Assembly: GCA_964255285.1 (NCBI GenBank)
Contig: CAXUUL010000096.1
Location: forward strand, 1 to 32,989
DNA length: 32,989 bases
Direction of reading: 5' to 3'
DNA from: Ionaspis alba
Taxonomy: Eukaryota
Part shown: positions 12,570 to 24,506 of the stretch, piece after piece
Numbering within the stretch: the stretch's first letter is position 1
Layout: each line of letters starts with the position of its first letter
Position numbers and translations under genes: made by a program
The notes under the pieces: model-generated
The model's input: the letters and a program-made list of their open reading frames with translations, nothing else
Database searches by the model: none
Told to the model about the DNA's origin: nothing

Positions 12570-14298
12570 ATGGTACCGGCTACAAGCAATGGCGATGTCT
12601 CAGCAGCATCTACTATACTGGATGAAGCCCCCAAGCCCCCTGCGGGAGTCGTGCTCCCTCCTAAAGATATTCGAGCGATCGTCGAGAAGACCGCAGGCTA
12701 CGTGGCACGTAATGGCTCTGTCTTTGAAGATCGGATACGCGAGAAAGAGAAACACAATCCCAAGTTCTCATTCCTTAGTGCCAATGACGCTTACAGTCCT
12801 TTCTACGCCTGGAGACTGAACGAGATTAGGGAGGGAAGGGGGACAGCGATCTCAGCCGGTCGAGTAGGCGAGACCACCTTCCAGGCAGAACCGGAGAAGC
12901 ACAAATGTCCAACGCCACCTCGAGATTTTCACTTCTCCGCCCGGATGCCCAATATAAACGCGCAGGATCTCGAGGTCGTTAAACTGACAGCTCTTTTCGT
13001 GGCGAAGAACGGGAGGTCATTCATGACTAGTCTATCCCAGAGGGAATCTCGGAACTATCAATTTGATTTCCTGCGCCCACAACACAGCCTTTACCAGTTC
13101 TTCAGTCGGCTGGTAGATCAATACACAGAGCTCCTTCAAGCTGCCACGGTTGACGGTGGTAAGGCTCAAGCAGCCCGTCTCGCTGAGCTCGACCGCAACA
13201 TAGGGGATCGGCTACACGTGCTCGCCCGCGCCAAGCAGCGCGCTGGATGGGTCAAATTTCAGGAACACCAAAAGGCTAAGAAAGAGGAGGATGAGGTAAA
13301 GGAACAGCTCGAATACGCTCAAATCGACTGGCACGATTTTGTTGTCGTCGAAACTGTCCTCTTCAGCGAAGCGGACGACCAAGCAGATCTGCCCCCTCCC
13401 ACCTCTCTTAATGACCTCCAATCCGCGTCACTTGAGCAGAAGGCAGCCATGTCCCTTCAGCCGCATGACATGCGCATCGAAGAAGCCATGCCTACGGACG
13501 ATGGAGATTACTACGACCCCTATTCTCGACCGCAACAATACGCAATGCAACCTCCTCCAGTGTCCTCCAACCCCTACAATCCTCATTACTCGCACGAGGT
13601 TCAGCAACCGCAGACAATACATACCTCCCTCCCTCAAGACGATGATGAAACTCGTGCGATTACCGAAAGGGCCGGAGGGAGAGAACGGACACAGGCCGCA
13701 CTGGCAGCTGCGAAAGGCCAGAGCAGCCAACCAATGCGCATCCGGAACGACTACGTACCTCGCGCACAGGCCAAACGCCAAAGCGTAGCGACCGGTCTGT
13801 GTCCGAACTGCAGGCAAGAGATTCCACTTAACGAAATGCAAGACCATATGCGAAGTAAGTGACCTTTTATGTACGCCATCAAGTCCCATCTCTTTCTCTT
13901 AGCGATGCCCTTGGTTCAATCCGTCATCCCTATGTTCGCTCGTCCTTTGGATTTTACTAATTGGCTTCGTAGTTGAGATGCTTGATCCTCAATGGAAAGA
14001 ACAGCGCCAAAAATCCGATGCCCGCCAAGCCACCACCACTCTATCTACTTTGGATATCGCGGCGAATCTGAAGCGCCTTGCTTCACAGCGAAGTGACGTC
14101 TCTGGGGCGGTCGCAGGTCAGCCCGTCCTTAACGAAGATGACACGGCACGGAGGAAGAGAGTAGCAGTGGGAGCTCAAGATGGACAAGGTGGAGGATCGG
14201 AGCCAGGAAGGGGCAGGGAAAATGTTGTCGCTGGTGGACGAGAGGGACTGAACATTGAAGAGCAGATCAGACATATACACCAGAAATTTCGAGGGTAG
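12570..14298 (+). CDS. PRP21: Splicing factor SF3a subunit 1 (Prp21/SAP114); exons 12570-13854, 13973-14298 (~536 aa)
   Basis: Two SURP domains (IVEKTAGYVARNG...NPKFSFL; VVKLTALFVAKNG...NYQFDFL), YAQIDWHDFVVVETV, and CPNC...HMR|IEMLDPQWKEQR across a GTAAGT...TAG intron. Confidence 0.94.
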
Positions 14299-14732
14299 GA
14301 TTTCTGGATCAGCGATCTCACATAGGGTTAGGAAACCCAGATGCCCTAGCGACTGATGGCTCTCTGTTCTATCGGATGTCCGAGACATCCTTTTTCCAAC
14401 AATTACGATCGAGCAGAACGTGTCTATTTCGAAGCCGGAAACTCTAGCCGCGGATGGCCTAGTTAGAGGAAATCGTGCAGAAAATGGACGTTGATGCTAA
14501 ATATGCTCTTCGCGCAGATGAGTAATGTGCTAGATCGCCTCTCCTACACATAACTACTCGGGCCGTCGTTATTTCTCTATACATGACTCAATATCTTACA
14601 CTCAAATATTGATGCAGATTGCAAAAGTAACCAAAGAGCGGTCGTGAACTTTCTGTTTAAGTCAGATCGCCTGGTCTCTGCTCTGCACAAGAAGCTCAAC
14701 GAAAGGTCCACAATGCTCCTTGCGTTTATCCT

Positions 14733-17079
14733 TCAAAATTTAAATGCGCCCGGAATGGTTATTTGAAGACCTTGCTCAGTGGTCGATCGAGGAGTGGTAC
14801 TCCTAGAAGGGGTTGAGGCACGTTGAGATGCACTGTCCCGAGAACGCGTAACTGCGCGTTCTCTCTCGTAGGAGGCAGCCCGAGACCTTGGTCTCGGTTG
14901 GAGCGACTCTCGGAGGCTGGTGTGAAGTTGCCTCGAGGGCGGATCGTTTTCGTGCCTCGGTGATGGAGCGTTGTCATGCCTCGCTATTTCCCAGTCATCC
15001 TTGCTCTCGTCGTTGTCTTCCTGGGGAGACTGCACGACTCGCTCCCTGGAAGCAAGCGTCACTTCTTGGTCGAGAGGTCCTTTGTTTTCTTTCAAACGGG
15101 CCATCTTTTCGACAGTAGAGCTCCCACGCAAAATTGGTGGAGCACTGAAAGGCGTCCGGGGCTTTGTCTCTTCTATCGAGACTCGAGGCGACTCCCGAGC
15201 AATGATTGCAGGAACGACTCCGCCACCAATACGCGACCAGAACATTCTCTCTCGGAGACGGACACTCTCCTCCCATGCTGACTTCTCGGCTTCAGCACCA
15301 TCTGTCCTCCAGTGACCGTCCTTGATCATCCTAAGGAAGCCTAAATAATCACAAGTCGACCGCACCCTGTTCAAACAGTAACTACAAAGGGGGTATCTTT
15401 GCGAATTTTCATTCTCACTTGTGCGGAATCGGTGCGTCCTCGCAAACTCTTCGCCCTTGCGGTTTTCTCCACATAGGGCGCATGGAAAAATGTTCGTCTT
15501 GTTTGAAGCCGGCATCGGTTCCACGACCAAGCTGCCTTCACACATAGTAGGGATGATGTTCCTGCGAACAAGCCATGACAATCCAGGGGCGGTGTCAAGG
15601 CGCAAAGTTGGCTCGATATCCTCCGTCAAGGCGCGCTTATAAAATCGAGTCTCTTTCAGTGGTATGCCTGGTAACGCAACGTTTGACATAGTAGAAGCCG
15701 GTACATTTGCCGTAGTGCTAAGAGATGGGTTGAACGAAGCCGGGGTGGAGAGGGACGTTGTAGACCCGTTCGAGGGTAAGTGGGTGGGATGGGAAACCCC
15801 ATCGCGATGTGGCAAGTTATTCAGGGTAGAAGCCGTGGCTCCGTTGTAAGAACCACTATTCACGCGACTTCCGGGTGCAGATTTCCGTGGAATTTGAAGT
15901 AGTGATCGAAAGTCCTCGTAGGACTGTAGATCCGTTCGCAGGACGGGAGAAAACAAGTGTGCAAAACTGCTGGGAGGAGCGGGTGAGATCCCATCCATTC
16001 CAAAGTTCGAGGAAGAGATGTGTAGAGATTCTAGTGCTCTTCCCAGATCGCCATGTGTGGGCAAGGCTGGAGTGGACGGGCCAGTCGAGCCATTCGTGAC
16101 AGCCTCGAGATCTTCCCGGTCAGAATTCATCCTTTCCATGACCGCCTTGAGTTCAGCGAGCTGTTCTTGATGTGACGCGAGCAGGAGTTCTGTATCATTG
16201 AGTTGCGCGCGAAGTTGGTCGGTGCGGCGTTCTGCGGCTTCCCGCTCCTTTCTCGCGGCTGCCACCATCTTTTAGGGTATAAGCAATGGCTCAGTTGATT
16301 CTGGTGGTGTCAAAACTCACCCGATTGGCCTCCTCGAAAAGTGCTGTCGTCAAGTTCTCCAACTCTTGTTCAATGCCTTTCTTGTCCTTTTCTACCACTG
16401 TTCTACGTTTTCGTTCCTCCACCAGCTTTGCCACAAGCCTACTAGCCTGTTCTTCTGCCTCGGCCTTCTTCACGAGTGCACCAGAAGCCACCAGGTCCAC
16501 ATGTCGCTGATTTTCAATCTCGAGTTGGCGGGCCTTTTTTTGCGAGATCTCTAACTCCTGTCTCGTGGCAGCCAAACTATCGTCAAGATTTGTTTGGTGG
16601 TTGATGGCTGATATGAGCTTGTTGCTAAGTGTTGCAACTTCGCTACTCAGATCTGGGTGTGGGGATGAGTTATTGCTCCTTTGGGGGCTCGGAAATTCGT
16701 CGGGACTATGCGGTTCAGGCATTGTGGTGAGTGAGTCGGCATCCAAATGCAACCTCGATGAGGGCAGCCCAGGGGCGTTTGAGACTGCTGTCATGTCGAT
16801 AACGGCGGAGGAGGAGCCCGGGCGTGAGACACTTGTCAAGTGAGAAAATGACGAGCGAGGCGCAACCGAGGAGGAGGGATGTTGTGGCAAAAAAGTGTGA
16901 GAGCTCGAGAATGTTCGAGCTCCAACCTGGTGGTGGTAGTGGGACAAGCTGTAGCGCAAGCATCAGTCACTGTCGTATCAGTCGACGTCCGAATGAGAGT
17001 GGGTGGTCTGAAGCAGCCTGGACAGGCGTTGAGGAAAGAAGAAGTCCAGATAGAAGCTATGGCAAACTCACTCAGCCAG
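14733..17079 (-). CDS. SEC2: Rab guanine-nucleotide exchange factor Sec2; exons 17079-17072 (tentative, CTG start), 16948-16321, 16268-14733. First in-frame ATG is at 16794
   Basis: Sec2 coiled coil IEQELENLTTALFEEANR|MVAAARKERE across intron 16320-16269; C-terminal EDIEPTLRLDTAPGLSWL, CALCGE, YPLCSYCLNRVRSTCDYLGFLRMIKDGHW, RLRERMFWSRIGGG. The 5' end is uncertain (see findings). Confidence 0.88.
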
Positions 17080-18385
17080 CCCGGATCATTGGGGAAAGGC
17101 AATTGCTGCGCTTCTGAGGCTTCCGCAAAAGTGTCCTAGGATATATTGACTGCGAGATCACGCGGCTTGAATAACACCGGTTTGATCGTCAATCGACCCA
17201 CCCAAAATGTAATTCGAGGTCAAGATCGGAGTTTCCTGTAGAAGATGGGCCAACCAGGACGCAAGGTATAGTACTAGGGCAAAGTGTGCGAGGCAGGAAT
17301 TGTACGTGCTTGCGTTGGAATGGCGCAGAAGTTGATCGCAAAGATGATGTGGGGTTAGTACCGTTGCTGGAGTCGCTGGGCCTGCCTGTAACGCTGTTGC
17401 TGGATCGCGTGGCTTGTCTGCTGTGCCCAGTACTAGGAGAGAACTTTTCTCGCAGGCCTGGTAAAGGCAGTGGTCACTGTCCACGAATCACGAGGCGCTT
17501 GGGGATGCCATTCTGTTGGGTACGAAAAGCCTCGCTTTTCCTGTTGTTCGTCAGGCACCTGGACTGAATCATGACATTATGGATGAAACGTCAGATAGGC
17601 AAATATGGTAAAGTGCACGACGGCTCAAAGTCGGGTTCGTCTCTGGTTCGTGTATCCGTAGTCTCCTGTTGTCGATGACGTCCAATTGGTAGAAGGCTCC
17701 GGCACGAGAAACTAAGGACGACACTAATCAAGGTGAGGAGTACAAACTAACATCATGCAAGACGTCTCACGACACAACCTATTCCGTATTCATATGCTTC
17801 TTGTATACAGGAAACCCGTCTCGATGACTACCTGCTCGATACTATGCAGTCAATGTAATGACCTAGAAGTCGATATGTCTAGCATACTAGATCATCCTCT
17901 GCTATGGTTGTTACAAGGTGCTTGGTCTAGCCAGGCGCAATTCACTAAACTTGGACGTAACGAGAGAGCCAGTTGAGGTTGATGAAAGTACGATCTCTGG
18001 CAAGCACAATGGACATCGTAGAAAGTAGCACGTGTGATCAATCATGTTCCCTCCTTACTACGTTCGCCAGTGAATACAATGATGTGCGTCGGCCGATTTT
18101 ACCGTTGATGAGTACTCTACAGCAGCTTCGACTCGCTGGTAACGGTCAACGCCTTGCCAGAAAATTCCACCGGACTCTTCTTACCACGAAAGAATTTCTT
18201 GTTTTAATTCGCCTTCTCCACGGGGCAATAATCTCAAGTCGCACCAAGACCAGCACACCTCTGACCTTCGGTAGAGAACGCTCCGCTTTGCTGGAACCGA
18301 GAACGTCTAAAGCACACCGAGCGCCGTCTCGAGGCCGTTACCTTGAATCCAAATTTCTGGTGCCCATGGCATCACCTGAAATACC

Positions 18386-18907
18386 ATGTCAGACGCAGAC
18401 CTAGAGGAGGCAAGTCTTCCATCTACACCGAGTTCCTGTACTGGATACTGATACTGAACTATCCTCAGATACGAAAAGCGCGTCTCGCACAACTCCAGCA
18501 GCAAGGCGTGGCAGGTGGAGGCGCGTCTTCCGCCGGCCAGGACGAGCAGAGAAAGTCCGTCTTTCCTTGCATTTCAAGTTCCTACCCAGAATAACTTACC
18601 AAGTAGCCTCAGGCAACAGGAAGCCGAAGCTAGAGCATCTATTCTAGCACAGATCCTCACTCCCGAAGCTGCAGATCGTCTTGGACGAATTCGCCTTGTC
18701 AAGGTCTCGCGAGCGGAAATGGTCGAGAGCCGGTTGATTGTGCTGGCCAAAGGGGGACAGTTGAGAAATAAGGTCACCGAAGAGCAGTTAAAGGAGTTAC
18801 TTGGTGCGTTGGCTGACAATACGAGGGAGCAGGAGCAAAGGGAGATTGTGGTGAGCAGGAGGAAAGGTGGCTGGGACGAGGACGATGACGATCTTGAGGG
18901 ACTCTGA
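18386..18907 (+). CDS. PDCD5: PDCD5/Sdd2-like double-stranded DNA-binding domain protein; exons 18386-18409, 18469-18554, 18613-18907 (~134 aa)
   Basis: MSDADLEE|IRKARLAQLQ...QQEAEARASILAQILTPEAADRLGRIRLVK...KVTEEQLKELL...SRRKGGWDEDDDD. The first intron has a GC donor. An alternative acceptor before 18607 is also in frame. Confidence 0.88.
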
Positions 18908-19123
18908 GTGGAAGTGCGAGCATTGGAAAACCCGCCCTATTCACGCAACCCTGGGATGCTTCCAACGTGTCATATGGAGCATTTTCTGACGCTCTCGGAA
19001 TCTAATGATCAATATTCGTCCCCGCATTTCACTTGAGACGATAAGTCGCTTGGGGCAGCCTCAGTAGAGGATGAGTAGATACTGAACCGTGTAAGAATGG
19101 CCGAAAGCTATCTAAATGGCCGG

Positions 19124-20007
19124 CTACTTCAGCTTCTGCCTCGAAGCTTTCCTCGCTTCCCTGAGGTCTGGCGGCTGCGTGATGCCCATTGCCCTCCTTA
19201 GGCTCTCCACATTCCTCCCTAGCTCCTCTTCCCAGTAGACGTTAAGAATATCCTGGCACCGCACCCCATTGTGGATGGCCCACGATAAATATGTACGGAA
19301 GAATCGGTCTCGCTGCGTTGGCCGTAACTTCGTCACGGCAAAAAGGCTCAAGCCGGCCATGGGAAGAAGAGTGTTGGCAAACTCGAAGGCCTTAAGTGCT
19401 ACTTCCCCTTCGACCATCACAGGCAATCCGGTCACAGCATGGTAGAAGTCGTGGCATTCCCGATATCGCTGCATCACATATGCACATTCTTCATCCTCAA
19501 TATATCTCACCGAATTACGTGTATCTGGGCTCACGCCTTCACGGTCCAGCCATGAAACATACACGCGGCCAACGCTGTCCTCCGGCAAGCTGCGGAGGTG
19601 TTCCATAGACATTGTTTGCGATGTGATCCGTGGCCGATCCCGAAGAATACGGCGCCCGGTAGGGTTCGACAACATCGTGTCGCGCAATTGATAGATGAAG
19701 TAGGGTGTTGCAGTTGTTTCCCCCAACGTGGCAATAAGATCTAGAACCCAAGTCGTGATTAGTACAAATGGGCAAACAGAAACCTTGGAGGCCTGGTACC
19801 TCCGCGTCGTGGATCAATCAACGATGTGATCGACGAGCCTACTGCTAAAGCAACCTTCTCCACCGCTGTGAGGGGAATATGACCTTCGTAGTTTGGGGCC
19901 GGTCGACACAGGACCGAAAATGTGCGTATAGACATTGTAGCCACGAGTCTGAGTGCCGGCGGAAGAGACAACAGTGACCGTATTTGTGGTAGGGTAGGTC
20001 CAATCAT
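19124..20007 (-). CDS. COQ4: Ubiquinone biosynthesis protein Coq4; exons 20007-19800, 19740-19124 (start ATG could alternatively be 20025 or 19935)
   Basis: [36 protein letters not shown], Zn-ligand motif [14 protein letters not shown]...[16 protein letters not shown]. Confidence 0.93.
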
Positions 20008-20212
20008 GACGAGACCCAAGAACATTGAGTATCGATGAGACCTTGCACTGGGTATAGTTCTACGTCCTTGGCAGACACATATGCATTGTCTTCCAATCGT
20101 TCTTCTGCCGCGTAGTGAGCTCACAGATAGTCCATTGACCCTCTAAGCCCTACCGAATTCCTGCCAAGGCAGATGGACAGAAATGGCAGCCTGTAGGATT
20201 TCAGGGGTTTGA

Positions 20213-20220
20213 ATCACGTG
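20213..20220. promoter_or_regulatory. Candidate bHLH (Cbf1/SREBP-type) E-box ATCACGTG in the divergent COQ4 / SET-protein promoter
   Basis: Exact RTCACGTG match followed by TATA-like tataat/tatatataa at ~20227-20245. Sequence match only. Confidence 0.3.
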
Positions 20221-20552
20221 GAACGCTATAATACGTGTATATATAACCTAACCTTTCTCTGAATACAACCTTTAGTCCTTTTTTCCTATAAGCCGAGCAT
20301 TATTGGCACAATGATAATAATATTAATGCATTGAGTGGTACATCAAAGGGACGCCCTGGGTGATCCGCTCTCCCCGTTTCACTTGGCTGTTGCCCGGTGA
20401 AGATTGGTCCAGCTACGAATTATATTAACTATGCTCGGCAACAATTTCGACCTTTCAAACTCTTCACAGCTCTCAGGCGGAAGCAAGGAAGTCGCACTCC
20501 TAGCTGTTGAAAACTCATGCTCCTCCAAGAAGTTGCACCTCGGCATTGTACA

Positions 20553-22056
20553 ATGGATACACTTACGCAGACAGACAAGTCGCACCTCGCCTTCATGTAC
20601 TTAGCCAAGGAGCAAGGGTTAGCCATCAATGGCGTGAGACCTGCCTTGATCTCCCAACGAGGAGTAGGCATTGTGGCCGAGAGGCCAATTCGGACCGGCG
20701 AAGAAATTGTCAGAGTGCCCACAGCCGCGTTGCTAACGACTGATTGTATTCTCCAGTCTTTCAAGGATAAATACGAGGGTTTGACCGTTCATGGCCTGCT
20801 GGCCGCATTCCTCGCTTCTTGGGACGGCAGCGAGAGCCTTTTCTATGCAGCCTGGAAGATGACCTGGCCAGCTACCATTGATTTCGAGCGATCGATGCCT
20901 ATACTCTGGAAAAAGGATCTACTGAAGAGTGCTTGCACGGGTGCAAAGCTCAATGGCTTCCATGTTTTGCCGCCTGCTGTAGGAGGCTGGAGAGGAGATC
21001 TTCCAGCCATGTTCCGAGGCTCTAGTCTGTTGGAAAGCCAAAAACAGAAGCTGAAAGCGGATTGGAGTATCGTATCAAAGGTATCGCCGGTCACCGGTTA
21101 CGATGATTATGTCTATGCCTGGCTCATAGTCAATACGAGATCTTTTTACTATGATCTGCCATTGCGGCTGAAGCCTCAATGCAGAGAGGACCGCATGGTG
21201 CTCTGCCCATTCGCCGATTTCTTCAACCATTCGAGTTATGGAGTAGGTGGCCTGCCTCCCACGTGACGCACATTCTACCAGCATAAGCTGACCAGGGAAT
21301 AGTGCAAGGTATCATTCGATTCGGAGGTATACTCCGTGACCGCAGACAGGCAATACGGTACACAATCAACCCGACCTTCAATTCTCTGCCAAAGCATTCT
21401 CATTGTTTAGCAGATACTGGGGAAGAAATCTTTGTATCGTATGGGACGCACACGAACGATTTTCTGCTGGTTGAATGTATGACTTGTGCTCCCACGTCGC
21501 CGTCTGGTACTGACGGCACTTCTTAGACGGTTTTATTCTTGAAGAGAATGAATGGGATGCATTGCCGCTCGACGACCTGATACTGTCATCGATAGATTCT
21601 GCCGCATGCAATCTCCTTAGACAGACCGGCTATCTCGGGTGATCACCTCCACATGGCATCGCTCCGTCTCGAATCCAGGTGCTAATGCTTTTCAGGAGCT
21701 ACAACATGAGCAGTGATGGGGTTTGTCACCGGACGCACGTTGCCGTTCGAACTCAAACTCTTTCATATTGGGATTGGAAGCGTTTCGTTGACGGCGATGA
21801 ATCGGTCGCTGATGATCTGGTCAAAGAGGCTAAGGCAGCGTCGTTCATTTCAGAGAGACTTCTTGTGCCATATCACCAGACAGCGATGTGTGCCAAGAGA
21901 ATCCTTGACACAGAGGAGATGCAGAATTGTGGTCTCTCTCCATCAACGTTATCAACGATCAGACGGAGATGGTCCCAGATCGAATCGTTGGTTGGTGTTC
22001 TACTGGGAAATGCATTAAAAGAGACAGTGTGTAAAGAAGGGGAAACAAACCCCTAA
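20553..22056 (+). CDS. Non-histone SET-domain lysine methyltransferase (Rkm2/Set11-like); exons 20553-21242, 21303-21357, 21414-21476, 21527-21638, 21696-22056 (~426 aa; alternative ATG 20517)
   Basis: RGVGIVAERPI, AWLIVNTRSFYY, LCPFADFFNH, GEEIFVSYGTHTNDFLLVE|YGF. Four GT-AG introns in frame (1281 nt). Confidence 0.87.
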
Positions 22057-22171
22057 CAGAACCTAAGGGAACGAAACGCATCTTCTTGATTTGCCCCATT
22101 AGATGTACATAGATTGTAGTTCTGCAAATCGTTCGAATACTAGAAACAGATATACAGCTGCCGGAGCATCA

Positions 22172-23461
22172 CTATCTTATGGGCAGTAAACTATGAACCT
22201 TCTTGTCCGTCATCTGCGACTTTCCCTTCACCATCTGCAAGAGCATGTAATTCATAACGCACCTGATCCCAAGCGCCTCTCCACGGCGGACGATATAGCC
22301 ATTAATGTAGTCAATCTCGGTATTCTTACCCAACCGGACATCCTGCAGCATGGAGCTGTCATTCAGCGCTGTCTTCTCTGCTATACCGATGACCAACTGC
22401 TCGAGCCGTTCCGGGGAGAACCTTACACGCAAATTCGGCACGTCTTGAAGTTCTGGAAGGGATCTAATGACAAAGGAGATTTCTGAGAGCAACAGGCGCA
22501 TGACCCGTGTAATCGCAAAGTTATATCGCAAGTCTCCATTCTTGCAATCGAACATGACGGTCAATGGGTTGATGATTGCGTTAACGGCGAGTTTTTCGAT
22601 CTGCAGCTGTAGGAGGTCGGTAGGATGGAAGCCTACCGCAGCCAGGGCAGGCGTCCTGGTGAGTGTGCGTAAGAGATAGCGAGATGATGCGGGCAAGCCG
22701 GGATGAGATCTACGTGGGTTTCCGGTTGTATGATGGTCGTGTGAATCATATCTTGGAACGAGGCCGAGAGCCGTGGTGCCTATCCCAGCGTGTATGCTTT
22801 TGAAGGTAGAGACTTCGTGGAGCCCGTGAGATATTATCCCAAGCATATAGTTCGGCCTCGATTCGAGAGATGGGAAGATCTTGTCGTTGATCTCGTCCAA
22901 TATGCCCATCCCATTCTGAAGAAAGACGATCGTCGACTCCCGATCAAGTCGATGAGCAATCGTCGACAGCGCTGCTACCGTTCGTGGGCCCTTGACGGCG
23001 ACAACAAGATTTTGAATGGCGCTGCTCTGTTCTCGTGTGACAGAGCCTACGTGATCCAGTGGAATGGCTAGCTCGGTCTGGAACCCTTTTCGTTTGAGAG
23101 AGATTCCTTGTGTAACCAAGTCGAGTTCCTCGCCTTGAGCTTTCCAGTCCTGGAGAAGACCAGATCGATGAAAGAGCAGGGTAATTGGCGGCGGATTTGG
23201 GATTCCCGCTAGTGAGTGAGCCACCAGCTTTCCGATATTACCAATGCCAAGGATGTAGACCCGTCTGTCCAGGACTCGGTGAATTTGAGGCTCCCCTCGA
23301 ACGACGGCATGGGCGCTTTCAGCTGTGCTAGCGCCATTGTTGATCTCGGAATACTCGAAGTCGTCCTGACTGTCTGGCCACCACAGCGCGGAATGGGAGG
23401 TTGAGAACGAAAGGCTTTTGACCCCCCGGCCCACAGACTTATTACCGATCAACCATTTCAT
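22172..23461 (-). CDS. PAN5: 2-dehydropantoate 2-reductase (ketopantoate reductase, ApbA/PanE family) with probable N-terminal mitochondrial presequence; intronless
   Basis: Rossmann motif ILGIGNIG, FLQNGMG, catalytic-type EKLAVNAIINPLT, SSMLQDV, TEIDYINGYIV. First ATG at 23461. Confidence 0.87.
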   Translation of the reverse strand: MKWLIGNKSVGRGVKSLSFSTSHSALWWPDSQDDFEYSEINNGASTAESAHAVVRGEPQIHRVLDRRVYILGIGNIGKLVAHSLAGIPNPPPITLLFHRSGLLQDWKAQGEELDLVTQGISLKRKGFQTELAIPLDHVGSVTREQSSAIQNLVVAVKGPRTVAALSTIAHRLDRESTIVFLQNGMGILDEINDKIFPSLESRPNYMLGIISHGLHEVSTFKSIHAGIGTTALGLVPRYDSHDHHTTGNPRRSHPGLPASSRYLLRTLTRTPALAAVGFHPTDLLQLQIEKLAVNAIINPLTVMFDCKNGDLRYNFAITRVMRLLLSEISFVIRSLPELQDVPNLRVRFSPERLEQLVIGIAEKTALNDSSMLQDVRLGKNTEIDYINGYIVRRGEALGIRCVMNYMLLQMVKGKSQMTDKKVHSLLPIR

Positions 23462-24039
23462 AGGCCAGTGTCGTGGACTGGCCGAGGCCCGCAAACGCGG
23501 AATTCTGGGACGAGAGAAAGACAGGATGAGGCACACAAGGATATGCTACCCAGGTGAACGTCAAAGTCGTGAGGGCATAGCGATAGAGAAGCGAAGACAA
23601 TGGGACGACAGAGGAAACGAGCGTCGGCGGGAAATGGCAGAAAGCTCGATCTTGCAAGAAGAGTTTCAGATAGCTTGGAACAGAGCTATGCCAAACCAGT
23701 AGCAACGATCCAGAGCATTCTAGAGCCACGAGGAAATTGATATTCTTCCTAGTACAGCACAACGGTGACGGGTATGTAGAATTAGAAGCAACTGTTTGTA
23801 CATGCCGGAGTTTCGAGCCTAGTGTACTCAAAATACTCATGCACGGTGCTAAATTAATCCATGACCTCACAAGGCACGTACCAATGACACGTGCAAACGA
23901 CACTCCTTCAGCCCTACCCGAGCACTTCGAAGGGTCTTTCCGTTTTTCATAATCAACTCCTACCTAGGCACTTGGCTCTAATTGCCAGGACGGTATTACA
24001 ACCTTTTGAACTGGGAGCACTTCAACCGTCATTAGCCTT

Positions 24040-24506
24040 ATGGACACTGTGGACACGCTACCACTGATCGTGCAGCTGAATGACAACATCGACGATCTCG
24101 AAGAAGCTCTTCAGCCGTTACTGGATACAGTCCTATTTGACGCGGTAACAAAGTTGCCACTGTTAGATCGAGCCAAAACCTATACTCTTATTACGTATGC
24201 CATCGAATCCATCCTCTTCTGTGAGTGATTCGACCTTCCTTCAGAGGGAGCTCTCAGGCTTATAAGTCTAGCTTATATTCGCCTGAACGGGACGAATGCC
24301 AAGGAGCATCCAGTCTTCCGCGAGTTGACGAGGGTAAAGCAGTATTTCGATAAGATCAAAGACGCCGAACTCAAAGGTCAGGTTAGGGAGAATATGAGTC
24401 TAGATAAAGTTGCAGCCACGCGTATTGTCAGACATGCTCTGGTAAGACTCTTCATCCTTTCTTTACTCTCGAGAGCTGAAACGGCTGTGAGACGGGCAAC
24501 AAGTAA
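24040..24506 (+). CDS. LRP1: Exosome cofactor C1D/Rrp47 (Sas10/Utp3/C1D domain); exons 24040-24220, 24272-24441, 24492-24506 (last exon tentative, short C-terminus)
   Basis: QLNDNIDDLEEALQPLL, LPLLDRAK...YAIESILF|SYIRLNGTNAKEHPVFRELTRVKQYFDKIK...LDKVAATRIVRHAL|TGNK*. Confidence 0.82.

Noticed and set aside
12143..12625. 160-aa ATG ORF overlapping the PRP21 start out of frame
   Set aside because: No recognisable motif, and it lies in the divergent PMT1/PRP21 promoter and 5' UTR. Without a TSS it cannot be supported as a gene or uORF.
13973..14298. PRP21 lacks the C-terminal ubiquitin-like domain of metazoan SF3A1
   Set aside because: Absence is normal for ascomycete Prp21 proteins.
368..16554. 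Numerous 60-180 aa antisense or alternate-frame ORFs overlapping the called genes
   Set aside because: These are shadow ORFs of real coding regions with no independent motifs.
17158..18380. Short ORFs between SEC2 and the PDCD5-like gene, and possible tRNA-like GGTTCG words near 17634-17650
   Set aside because: No family motifs, mostly non-ATG starts, and no cloverleaf or A/B-box spacing.
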